Notes under the pieces: model-generated | What the model was told of the DNA's origin: nothing | The model's database searches: none | The model's input: only the letters and a program-made list of their open reading frames with translations | NCBI GenBank assembly: GCA_050230475.1 | Contig: JBFLGF010000084.1 | Coordinates: forward strand, 1-64,000 | Length of the DNA stretch: 64,000 nucleotides | Reading direction: 5' to 3' | DNA from: Ancylonema sp. | Lineage: Eukaryota | Shown: piece after piece, positions 39,393 through 51,886 of the stretch | Layout: the number at the start of each line of letters is the position of its first letter | Position numbering within the stretch: position 1 is the stretch's first letter | Position numbers and translations under genes: made by a program

Positions 39393-41477
39393 TGTAATGC
39401 TGACATGGCTTATCTAGACCAATGAGTGAACAGATCGAAACACTACGCTAGATCGTCTAGCCTAGACGAAATCGACTGGCGGTCAGATAAACTGACGACA
39501 AGTGAAACGGAACCGGGTGGCGAACCGGGATGCTAGCACATGTGACATTATCATACTCAACACACCCCCCTAATGTTATATGTGCTACAATCGATACTTG
39601 AGAAAGACCCTACCAAAATTAAAACATACCCAACAGCTTCTTGTTGTATCGAACCACCGTTACACTGGCATGCTTAGTGAGCATGTCAGCTCCCATCTGA
39701 TTTGCATGGCATTTCTCCACTGTGATTTCCATCTCCTGATGCACTCACAAAGTGATACCTCGCCAAAATTTGCTTGGAGCGCGGGTGGTACATCGGGCTA
39801 TGGACGATGTCGATGGCTCGCTGACTGTCCGGGAGAATCTGAATGGGTCGGTCTACAGCTCCCCTGCCTGCCATTTGCATCTGCAGCTGATGAAGGTAGC
39901 TTGCCTCTTGGGTTGCCATCGACAGTGCCATGTATTCGTTTTCGCAGCTGCTAAAAGAAGCAGTCCCCACCAGCTTGCTTTGCCGACTGATTGCCCCCCC
40001 AGCAGACATGAACGCGAACCCCGCTCGACTCCTGCCTGTGTCTGGACAGGTGAGATAGCTTGCATCGCTGATACCCCAGATTTCAGTGCTGGCCCCTCTC
40101 TTACAACAGATTCCCCCATCTTTTGTCCCTTTTAGGTACCTGAGCACATGTTGGATCCCGTCCCAATGTGCTCGTCCCGGGTCAGTGCTGAATCGATTGA
40201 GCGAGCTGATAGCTGCAGAGATGTCCGGACGAGAGCATGTCGCAAGGTAAATCAGACTACCCAAAGCTTGCCGATAAGGAACATATGTCATGGCCTCCTT
40301 GTCTGCATCATTTTGAGGGGAGTCTTGCTGGCTGAGCTTGCTTACAGGAGGAAGGGGTGTGCTGACCGAGCGACAGTCCTGCATGTCGAAATCGCGAGAA
40401 CCTCTCCCAAGTACTTTTCTTGCAGCAAGTAGATGTCCCCATTTGGCTCCAGTCTGATTTCCATGCCCAAAAAGAATTTAATTGTGCCAAGGTTTCTGCC
40501 AAGCGTAGAGGAGGCACTCCACGATTGCTCCGATTGCTTCGACGAGGAGAAGTTGTCTACATCGATGAATCAGGTATGATGGCAGGGCTGGCTGGTAGGT
40601 TGGCAGGCTGGCTTGCTGGTGCAGGGACGGCGATAGCAGGTGTGAGATCAGGATCCATGGAGAGGTCGGCGATGTCTGGAGGCGTCATGTCCAACTCCAG
40701 GTTGGAGAGGTGCTGTAGGGAGTGGCGCCGTACAGGTGAGCAGATCTGGGAACTCGACATCCATGTCGCCTTCATCAGCTCCTGGCAATCTCCACCACCC
40801 TGGCTTTGCCGTTTCAATGAAGTCTGGGGAGCTGACGTTGTACACCATTGCATTCGATGGATCCCAGACTCGATACGCATTGAAGGTGTTGTTGTAGTTG
40901 ACCAGGGCTTCCATGTAGGCCACTGGCTCGAACTTTCCACCTCGCTTACTCTTTTGGATCTGACAGGATGCCTTGTTGCCAATGATGTGTAGTTTGGAGA
41001 GGTCTGGCTTGTGACCCGTCCACTTTTCGATTGGTGTGCAGGACATGTTGGAGACAGTAGTCAGAATGCGCAGGGTGTTGGCTGCCTCGAAGACTTCTCC
41101 CCAAAGTTAAGCAGGCACCTTGACTGCTATCATCATGGTCCTGCACTTGTCCTGCAGCGTTCTGTTGAGTCGCTCATTGTGTTGCTCTCAAGGGAGTAGG
41201 GAGGGGTTGTTTACAGGACGAAGCCTTCTCTGGCCAGATGACGTTGGAGAGCGAGAGAGGTAAACTCACCACCATTGTCAGATCGGAGGAAAAGAAGTTT
41301 GTATCCCGACTCATTCTCTGCCACTGGCAACTAGTCTAAGATAAATGAGTGAACAGATCGAAACACTGATGGTAGGCTAGACGGAATAGACTGTCAGTCA
41401 GCTAAACTGACGAGACGCGAAACGGAACTAGGTAGCGAACTGGGAGGCTAGCACATGTGACATTATCATACTAAACA
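39393..41477 (-). mobile_element. internally deleted copia (second LTR family)
   Basis: Similar LTRs at about 39393-39562 and 41335-41477, PPT at 39563. Integrase remnant RSDNGGEF, RT/RNase H VPYRQALGSLIYL..SDASY. gag-PR and the RT core are missing. Confidence 0.85.
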
Positions 41478-41667
41478 CCTTTCCCGATGGTTAACCAGAA
41501 ACTGTCCTGGATCAAGTTATGGCCCGGTGGATGAGCAATGGCACACTCGCCCAAGAGTGCTTCGAGACGTCAACAATCACTTGGAAGTGCTCAATGCAAA
41601 AGTGTTGGAGAGGGAACGTCTTGACTCAATCGCAGCTCGGAGGGCCAACGTCATCCCTGCCATGCCG

Positions 41668-44600
41668 TGTGAAATACTCATTTTCTCTTATGAGTATTCG
41701 TAAGGGTGCGAGATGTAACTTAGATCATTCGCATACTTTGCTCGGAATAGATCACTTAGAAGTATTAATTTATCTTTGGCTGAGTACAAGAGTAAGTCTC
41801 TGCTCGAATAAGAGGATAGGGCGCGGCGGCGGAGGCGGCGCCAAGCTGACCAATGAGGAATCAGCTTGGTCCGATTTAAGTTCTGACTGAATTTAGCGAA
41901 TCTAATCCGATACGAACTTAACGAAATCGCGTGTCCATATTGCACGATTTCGTACTTCAAAGCACGCGTCACACTTTAGCATTACACACTCAACACACCC
42001 CCTTAATGTTAATTGTGACAAAAAGTAAAACTGCCGAAACTAAAAAACTAACGTAACACATGACAAATGCTACATCAACCAAAATAAAACATCACGTGAT
42101 AAAACTGGACACCCTACATCATTCTAATCAACTTTTTGCTATAGCGAACGACTCCCACACTCGCATGCTTAGTCATCATGTCTGCTCCCATATTCCCCGC
42201 ACTGATTTTAACGAAGTACATTCTCCACCCTGTCGCGCACGAAGTGGTACCTGGCCAGGATTTGTTTCGTGCGAGCGTCCGGGTTGTGCACGATGTCCAG
42301 TGCCGGCTGGCTGTCCACGAGCACCTTACAGGTACTCCCACCCCAACGTCCCCTTGCATTTGGAGTTGGGAGTTGTCGCAGAAAGATGACCTCCTGTGCT
42401 GCTTCGGAGAACCCCATGTATTCCGATTCGCAAGAGCTCAGACTGGCATTCCCCAACAGTTTCGACTGCCAGCTGACCGGACCACCAGCCGATAGGATCA
42501 CAACAAACGCTGCTCGGGGGGAGCGTGAAGTGTCCGGACAAGTAAGATGGCTTGAGTCGCAGTAACCCCACAGAGCAGTCGAAACTCCCTTCTTGAAACA
42601 GATACCCTCCCCACACTTGGTGCCTTGCAGGTATCGCAGCACATGTTGGACCCCCTCCCAATGAGCCATGCCGGGGTTATGGTTGAACCGACTGAGGCAG
42701 CTGACAGCTGCGGAGATGTCTGGTCGCGTACAGACTGCCAGGTACATAAGGGATCCAATGGCACTTCGGTAAGGGATGGCTGCCATTGTTTTCATGTCTG
42801 GTGCAGATGTTGGCGAGTCCGTCTGGCTGAGTTTGCAACCAGGGGGCGGAGGAGTGCTGGCTGCCCGAGGGTTGACGACCGGGTACCTCAAGAGCACCTC
42901 TCCCAGGTACTTCTCCTGCAGCAGTTGAACATCCCCCCCTGGTAGGCGCCTGATCTCCATACCCAGTAGGATTGCAGCACCGAGGTCCTTCATCCTGAAT
43001 CTGCTGTGCAGAAAACCTTTCACCCCTTCGATGAGCTCCATCACCTTGCCGATGACAAACATGTCATCGACGAACAGCCCTAGCAGGATCCGGCGCCCCC
43101 CCTGATGGATGGCGTACACGCAGAAGTCGGAGGTGAGTCGCTCCAGCCCGAACTCAGAGAGTGCCGCCTTGTCCACGTGCATGTTCCACATGCGGGGGGA
43201 GTGCTTCAGGCCATACAGCGCCTTGAAGAGCGGAAGCACCTTCCCGGGCATCTCCACCCCGAACATCCCCTCTGGAATTTCCAGGTAAACCTCCTCCTCC
43301 AAGTTTGCGTACAAAAACGCTGTCGTCACATCATCCAGCTGTTCCATATGCATCCCCTCTGATGCAGCAGCTGCAAGCATTAGGCGTATGCTTTCAAACC
43401 TGGCTGTTGGGGAGTACGTTTCCGTGTTGTAGTCGATCCCCTCAGCTTGCATGAAACCCCCGTGCGACGAGGCGCGCTTTATATTTCTGCACCTCCCCCG
43501 ACAGGCCCCTCTTCCTCTTAAATACCCATTTGCTTGTGATGACAGGGTGACGAGGCCTGTCCACCACGGTGAACACCTTGTTCTCCACCAGCGAGGCCAC
43601 CTCCGCCACGCACGCCACCAACCACCGCTCCGAGTCAGGTGACTTCATGGCCTGCTTGAAGGTTTTTGGGTCATCTGCAAAACTCTCCATCGTAGCCAGC
43701 ATGAGCATGTCCTCCATGTACCGCGGAGGGACGCCTCGACTCTCCTAGGAGCTGCGGCGCAGGGCTGGGGCAATTGGAAGGGGTGGGGGCTGGGCTGCAG
43801 AAGGGTTCTCGTCGACTGGGGCCTCCGCCGGGGCTGGGACCGCGGCTGGGGCTCGGACCACGGCTGGGTTTGTTTTTGCGTCTAGGACCGCGGTTGGGGC
43901 CTCTTCTGGGGCTAGGAATGCGGCTGGGGCCTCTGCTGGGGCTGGGACTGCGGCTGGGGCCCCGTTGCAGGTTGGGGCACCGTGTGCTGCGGTCGGAGGC
44001 ACTCTTGAGGCGGGTGCGCTTGTATTTGCAGGTGGGGGAGGAGCAGCAGGGAAGACGAGCGGGTTTTCTTCGACGTCTTCAACTCCAGCAACTGCTGACG
44101 AAGGTGCGCGCCACCAGCTTGGAGGAGCAGCTTCATCGAAAGCGAGAGCAGCGACGTCGTACACCTTTTGCCGCTCTGTGTCCCACACACGGTAGGCAAG
44201 GCTGTGCGACGTGCAGCCCACCAAGACACCGATGAAGCTCATTGGTGCGAACTTGCCTCCTCGCGCAGACTTTGGGATCTGGCAAAACGCCTTGCAACCC
44301 AGCACCCTCAGCTTGGAGAGGTTGGGCTTTTGCTCTGTCCACATCTCTCACGGCGTGCAAACCAGGTTGGTGGCTGGTGACATGTTGCGTAGCATGTTGA
44401 TCGCGTGCAGCACCTCAGCCCACATGTAGCTAGGCAGCAACGAAGTTGACATGACTGTTCTGGTCTTGTCCTGCACAGTGCGGTTCCACCTCTCCGCCAC
44501 GCCGTTGCTCTCCGGGGAGCGAGGGGGTGTGGTCTGCAGCTGCACTCCCAGCAGCGCCATTGACGACTTGTACGCGTTGGAGGTAAACTCCCCCCCGTTG

Positions 44601-46869
44601 TCAGAACGAAGCTTGAGTAGCTTTGTTTTGGACTGCCCTTCTGCCACCCCTTTCCACTCCATAATTATGCGAGCTGCGTCAGACTTCACACGTAGCGTAA
44701 ACACCCATGAGAATCTTGTGAACATGTCCATGATGCCTAGGAAGTAGACCGCTCCCCCCAGACTGCTGGGCTGGACTGGACCGGCCAGGTCCATGACCAC
44801 CAGCTCGAGTGCGTAAGTAGTCCCATGGCTAAAGGGGACGGCCGGGTGTGGCGGTCGAGTCAGTTTGCCCATGGCATGCGTCGCACGGGCTAACTGCACC
44901 AGAGATCTGACCCAACCCTGTTGCCATATTCCCATACAGGAGTCGTCGGAGGGCCCCCTCTCCACTGTGACCGAGACGGCGATGGAGCATATCCATGGAA
45001 AGCGAGGTGCTGAAGACCTCCACGCACCGGCTGGAGGGTAGAGAAGGAGTCGTAGATAGTATCTTGCAATCGAGAGTTAGTCGCCCAGTCTTAGACTCTG
45101 TCATTAGGGCCACCATTCCTCCCCTAGCATTCTAGATGACCGTTTTTCCTGGAATCTCGTTGAACACGTAGACAAAATTTGCTGCCCGCAGAAGTTGTAA
45201 CGAGAGAATGTTGAAATGCATGGATGGCATGTAAAGTACATTTTCCAACCTCAGTAATTGTGTCCCCGATTCTGCGTCCACCTCTAGAATGAATGTCCCA
45301 CTGTGCGTCACATAAACACTGCCATCGACATGATTGACCTGGAATGGTTCTGAAAGGGATGATATCGTGCAGAAGTAGGATGTGTCGTGACATATGTGAT
45401 GGCTGGCTCCAGAGTCAGCCAGAAAGTTGCTTGACAGGGCTGAGTTGACATAGCTCACAAGTACCTCACCCGCTTGCCCATTTAGCACCCCCGACTGTTG
45501 CATCTGCACACTATGATGAGAATCACTGTGTGCAAACTTTGCAACAACCGCATGGCCACCATGAAAGAATGAAGCCTCCCCACTTGCTCCACTTTGCATC
45601 TGGTCCTTCTTTCGCTTGCACGCCTTCTCAACATGGCCATTCTTTTTGCAGAATGTACAACTCGCCGACTCCGCCTCCGGGCAGTCGCTTGCGTAGTGTC
45701 CCTTCTCTCCACAACAGTAGCACATGGTGTAGGTAGTTGGACGTCTGCTAACACCGGCCTGATTTGCATTACCCCCCTTGTATTTCTTCTGCACCCATAA
45801 CACCTCCGCCTTGGCCACCTCGGCCTTAACCAGATCTGCTAAGGCAGCCGATCAAGGAGGTGGGGCAGATTGCCGTTGGTAGTCATCATCATCATCCCTC
45901 ATATAGCGGCGAAGAGCTCCTCGAGGTCCATTCTGTCATTGGGCCGAGAGTGCAGCCATGTCCGTCCTCTTGAGATGCACGTACCGATCGTTGGGTTGAT
46001 CAAGGAGTTGCCGCTCCAAGATGTCATCCTCCAAACGGACCTTTTGTTGCCTGCAATTTGGCCATCACCGACTCAAAACCTGGATATCGTCTCCTCCTGC
46101 GGTTTCTATTTCCTGATGTTGAAACTGGAAAAGGGCCTTTTGGGCTGCAGATTTTTCCCAATTCTGACACACGTGCGAACTTTCGCTCAAGCTTGGTCCA
46201 GATGGCGACTGGATCATCGAGGAGTGTGGTGATCGCCACGAGCTCAGTGTCAGAGATGGACTCAGCTAGCAGGCACGCTGCCCTGGTGTAGTAATCGATG
46301 TATCGGTCGTACTTGTCGGCAGCGATTGTCGCCGCCTCGATGGCTTCCGGGGTTGCCACTTCCACACCCAACTCGTGTACTCTTGGTTGCGGCGGTCTGA
46401 CGCGATCCTCGTTTACTATGTCCCAGACCTTGTTGACCAGTTATCCCTTTTAGTCTGGCTGACCATTGACTATAGTTGTCTTTATTAAGCTGGTTACTTG
46501 TTGCCCTGAATCGGGTGCCATCGGATGACACGGCTCTGATACCATGTGAAATACTCATTTTCTCTTATGAGTATTCGTAAGGGTGCGAGATGTCACTTAG
46601 ATCATTCGCATACTTTGCTCGGAATAGATCACTTAGAAGTATTAGTTTATCTTTGGCTGAGTACAGGAGTAAGTCTCTGCTCGGATAAGACGATAGGGCG
46701 CGGAGGCGGAGGCGGCGCCAAGCTGACCAATGAGGAATCAGCTTGGTCCGATTTAAGTTCTGACTGAATTTAGCGAATCTAATCCGATACGAACTTAACG
46801 AAATCGCGTGTCCTATTGCACGATTTCGTACTCAAAGCACGCGTCACACTTAGCATTACACACTCAACA
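41668..46869 (-). mobile_element. full-length Ty1/copia retrotransposon
   Basis: LTRs 46545-46869 and 41668-41995; PBS TGGTATCAGAGC (46533-46544, tRNA-iMet); PPT. gag knuckle CYCCGEKGHYASDC, PR DSGASHH, HRRLGH, RSDNGGEF, FVDDM, RNase H. Several frameshifts. Confidence 0.97.
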
Positions 46870-47119
46870 AACGTCATCCCTGCCATGCCGCCACGAGAGA
46901 CACTTTCCCCTTTTCAACGCCAAGTGGCACAAGCAGCACAACGAGCAGCAGTGGAGAAAGCAGTTCGAGAGATTCACAACAAGCGTCGATGGATGAGAGG
47001 GTTACAAATCAAAGCATAAGGCCTTTCTCTCCAGCCACTCACCAGAAGTGTGGAGCCTAGGTCCGGGGATCCCATCCTTCAAGCCGAGGCCATCGATACC
47101 ACTCCTATCACTTTCTCTC

Positions 47120-47750
47120 AGCTTCAACTCCAAACCGGCCTTCATTTGGTCGAACTTTTTGCTGGCGCCTGTTGCAGCACTCTGCTCGCACATTTCATGG
47201 CAGGCCACAAAATCAACAAGTACACAACTGTGGAGAAAGATCCGGTGGCAAGAGGCGTGTCTTGTCAGTATGTCACCAATCTCCATCTACGCTTTCCACA
47301 CTTGCTACCTCTATCAGCAATCGAGGGCTTCGACACAAGGTTACCTGACCATGTGGAGTCCGTCAGCATCACAGTGTTAAAGAATTATGCTGCTCGCCAC
47401 GGTCAGATCGACTTCGTGGGAGCCGGTTTTCCTTGCCAGCCAATGAGTCCTGCAAGAAATGGACTTGGAGTCAGAGACGATCGTTTCTCTCCATTCTTCG
47501 ACATGACAATAATTTTGACTTGATGCCAACGTGAACAGCAAGGTCGACCATTTCAGTACCTGCTCGAGAACGACCATCCATCGACGACCTAGCCATCTGA
47601 ACAATGAAAACATGAGGTCGGCAAATACCTTTCTTCTCGCATTCCCTGGAGAGCCTCTCCTCCTGGATGCAGCTTCAGTTGGCGGTCCCACGCATCGACT
47701 TCGGCGCTACTTGACAAACATCATGGCAGCCAACAAGTTACAAAATTCCA
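47120..47750 (+). pseudogene. C5 cytosine methyltransferase domain (family B)
   Basis: GLHLVELFAGA (I), TVEKD (II), IDFVGAGFPCQPMS (IV), QYLLEN (VI, after stop 47521-47523), LLDAASVGGPTHRLRRY (VIII). Truncated at the C-terminus. Confidence 0.88.
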
Positions 47751-48980
47751 CAATTGAAGGTGCACTTTTGACGAATACGACACAAATGATTGACAATGAC
47801 TTCAACGGCAGAGTCACCGTCATTTCTTATGTCATCTACAACCAAGTGAACTCGACTACCATCCTCTTAAATCTTTTTGAGACCGCCGAGTATTTCCAAT
47901 ACAACTCGGGTAGCCCTTCCTCCCTGAGCAAAATGAAGAATGGTCGGAAGTTGTTGTATGAATATGGGGGCATTACAACTACACTCTCCACGACCTCGCT
48001 CGGTGGAGCATGCCCAGGCGGCTATTGCGTGATTAATCAACATCCACCCCCTTTTTGTAGAAAGGGAGCTATAGCTACCCTAGTTGCTGGTATATTAATG
48101 TTTTTTGATAGCTTATTCATCGAAGAAAAGATTTTGGTGCTAAAACACACACACATTCTCGAAGGTATGAGTCCTCGTCATAAATCTAAATCACCCATCT
48201 ACAATAACAGTCGAGTTAGATGTTGTAGGCGAGTCTCGTAATTTTTGGGCTTGTTTTGTGTGTATGTGTGTAATCAAGACCAAAAATAGATAATCATAGT
48301 GACATTGAGAGGTGGTAGGCTCTTGAGAACGCCCGCGACATGATATATTTTCTCCATGTTGTCTTCAGACGGAGCCTCGCCCTTGCCTCAACGCGCAATG
48401 AGGGTGTAGTTTTGTGTAGTTCTAGGGTGTAAACGTATTTTCTATATCGCTCACTTACACTGAGTGCAACACAATCAACGTTGATCATACTAGTTTTGGA
48501 TAGGCAACATTTCTTCCATATATTTAGGTGACCTGTAGGTGTATTTCATTTGGAACGGATAATTTATATCTGTCATTACAGTAGCAATGTCTAACCCCTT
48601 AACTGTCTATATTTTGCATGGTCTCTTAGAGGGGGCGATATTCAATCTGACGGCGTTTGTAATTTTGAGTCACAATTATCATTTAGTACACAATACGCAC
48701 GAGTAGATGTGGACATCACTAAGTTTGAGTCAACATTCGTCATAGCAATGTCACAACATTTATAGAGCCTACATCATGTCTTATCACACATTACTCATGC
48801 ATACATCATTGTTCGTAATGACCACCTTAGACTGGAATCATTATGATGGGATTTAATCGACTCTAAGTAGCCAATCCAATGTCTCTACACAAGCAATCTA
48901 TCATATCTATGAAATGGCTGCCTAAGTTGCAGCCATGTACAATCATCCTTTCCGAAGAGTCACTAGTCCATTCTCTCACT

Positions 48981-51375
48981 CTAGGGGGTAAGGCCGACAA
49001 CACCTGCACACTCAGCAAGTACACAACAAAAGTAGGTTGTACAATGCCACACAACTCACCCCCAATCGTAGACCCTAACATCGCCATTTATTTGCAGCAT
49101 TCCATAGTTCACGAGAATAAAAGAGGATAAGATGCCTTCATGCCGATACAAAAGGATGGCAAATGTTATCACGCACCACACGCGAGACGACCACCCGCAT
49201 TGCCTGTTGCGAGACTCAGCTCATGACCACCTGCCAAAGGAAAGAAACATAGCCCCGGTGGTAATCAGCATCTTGCAAGCAACTAGCTTCTCTCATCCAC
49301 CCAATCTGCTGCACATACTAAGACTTTCTCACATATGAGAAGCATGCTTGTAACTCTAGACTGCAGGTGTAGCACAAGTGTATGTGCATCGTCTTATTGC
49401 TATTGCCCTCATCAATGGTTAGTGAGTATTGTGGTCACCTTTTCCAAGGTCGTCGATGTCGGCATGCACAACGAATGCGCGTCCCACAATGGAATCTTTA
49501 CCACTCAACGGAATCTGCACCCAAAAGATTCCGAGTACACCAAGCAGGCCATACAGCCCAAGCGCATATCAGTTCTGGGATCTATATATCCCCTTCACCA
49601 GCACGACTATTCGTTTATGTATACACATGTGTATGTCCATGTATACATGTCTACCGCCAAGTGTGTGCAATGATAGATGAATCAATAACTCTGGTGACAG
49701 ATTGTAGAGATACTTCCCTTCTTCTTATGCAGTCACATCATATGGTAGACTTGTTTGTGAGACAGCATCCCGGACACAGTGCCAGCAGCTTAGCCTCAGG
49801 TAAGTGGAAAGGTGCAGATCATCAGAACAAGTGGGCCATGGAATGACTGGAGGTTGACATGTAAGGGAATGGGATTGTGTTCTTACATTCACGTCACTCA
49901 ACGTTGCCTCCGCTACACCTGGAGAAAGCAAGGACAAAGTCGTGTCAGCCTTTAGACTCACGTATTCGAAATCGACATTGCACCACGCTCCCTAAAACGA
50001 ATGAAGGCCCGGCATCGTACACTACTATTGCTATGCGAGAACAATCGCTATAAAGGTCTATCAACTTTGTCATTCAACAGAACTGAGTTTGCAGACTGCT
50101 GGAAATTCAATTGGATGTTTGGAGTCAATCAATCTTGTTTTCCTTGGGATAGGTCGTTGTTTTGTATTGTTTTGGGTATTACGTACCGTCTTCGCCAGCC
50201 TCGAGGTTGCCAAGATCTCCAGCATGGCGCACCTGATCAGTAGGGCCACCATGAGTGGCCTTCTTGGGATTGAAAGGAGGTCCTGCAACACTTGCATCTC
50301 ATCATCATTCTTTGACTTATCGCTGATCCAGTCATCCATCCAAGTCATGCTGATGAACATTAACCATTGATGAACAGCAACCACACAGGCAACAGATCAG
50401 AACAAGAAGAGGACTCCAAATTCCGAACTCGTTTTACTTGATTCATTCTGGCTACAAAAAAAAAAATGCATGAACCAGGATGTGGAGCGGAATGGAAGCG
50501 GCTGTACGGTTGTGGAGGCAATATCATAAGAAGATGCTCACCAGTGGAAACGCATCCATTTGTGGTGTCACCAAATTCATGCTGAAATGAAAAACAAGAA
50601 AAGGAAGCTCAGAAACTGCTCGAACCATGATGAAGTTCAGAATTCCGACGTAAACTAATACAAAACAAATCAAAGAGAGAAACGAGTCACTCACAACAAA
50701 AACATTCACTTGAGTGACATGTTCTACGTACATTATGGAGACATGCATTCTCCTGCTCACCACATGGAATCCATGCTTGCCAGGTGTCAGGCCTGTAATC
50801 TTCACTTTCAGGGTCGTTGGCCCTGCAGACGAATTTCCAAATTAAGATCAGCAAACTGCTGACATAGAAGCGGATTGGCGAGCATGTGAGCAAAAATTAG
50901 GTACTACTCCCGCATTGCATCTTCTTTTACATCAGGGCACATACCTCCATTCTCCTGGGTGAGGTGGACGACACCTTCCACACCGGCTGTCCCCTTGAGT
51001 ACTGCGACGCCCTTGTATACCTGAACGTGTATGCGTGAAATTGTAAGCTGGAGAGTATAGCGATCAGATTCGCGTGGTCACAAATATTTGAAGTTCTTCA
51101 GGCTTCACATAGATACGAAAGGTGATATTTCTCATATCTGGATAATGACACACTATTGCAAGGGATTGAAACAATGTGAGTGAAGGATAGCCATCCGCAA
51201 TGCACAACGGATAACGAGTCTATTCAGCACATGTTTCCAACGAAGATCCTCTCGGAAGATCACTACAGACGTCTTGAACACAGACATTCACTGCGACGAA
51301 ATCTAGGCACCAAATGTCGCCGTAGCCTATTATTGTCTGTTTGTTGAGCGATGAAAAGAGTGATACCTCGGCCAT
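48981..51375 (-). CDS. Cu/Zn superoxide dismutase (no transit peptide seen), 9 coding exons
   Basis: [13 protein letters not shown]..|..[42 protein letters not shown]..|..|[42 protein letters not shown], with GT-AG introns. Confidence 0.95.
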
Positions 51376-51886
51376 TGCTAATCGGCTGCGTGCCTGAAGA
51401 GGACGATGCGTGCGTATTCTCTTCTTAAAATCTTCTCACTTCTTGTCTCTTCTTGTCCCTTCAGACTTACCTGCTTTGAGAGTGGGCGGTGCGAACTGAT
51501 TCCGTTCACGTGCCTGTAGCAGCAGTTCACTGGAGTTGTCAGACACCTTCCACGTCACCATAAAGTGACGTCACGGTGTATCGGGAAATTCTCCCAGCTC
51601 GTGCAGAACGTCACGGCAAGTCGCAGGCATTGCGCTGTCGGTGCGAACTCAAAGAGGAACGCCGTATCGAATGCCGTATTGCCGTATCTGGACGCTCGGG
51701 CGTTCTCCCATACGGCGCCAATATGGCGCTCCCCAGAGGTGCTGGTGCTGTACACTTGTGCAGCACCAGCAAATGAAACTGTGGAACACAATTTAGCTCA
51801 TCAAAGTCAGCTCCTGTGATGCAAGTAGAGACGCCTGCGACCTCACGTCCTACGTGAATTTAACTTCCCGGGCCGAATTCCTTCCC

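Noticed and set aside
43820..43975. AVPAPAEAP tandem repeats
   Set aside because: Ordinary variable linker between copia integrase and RT.
42200..46558. Multiple frameshifts in the copia pol as programmed frameshifting
   Set aside because: Too many and scattered. With near-identical LTRs they are more likely indel errors or decay.
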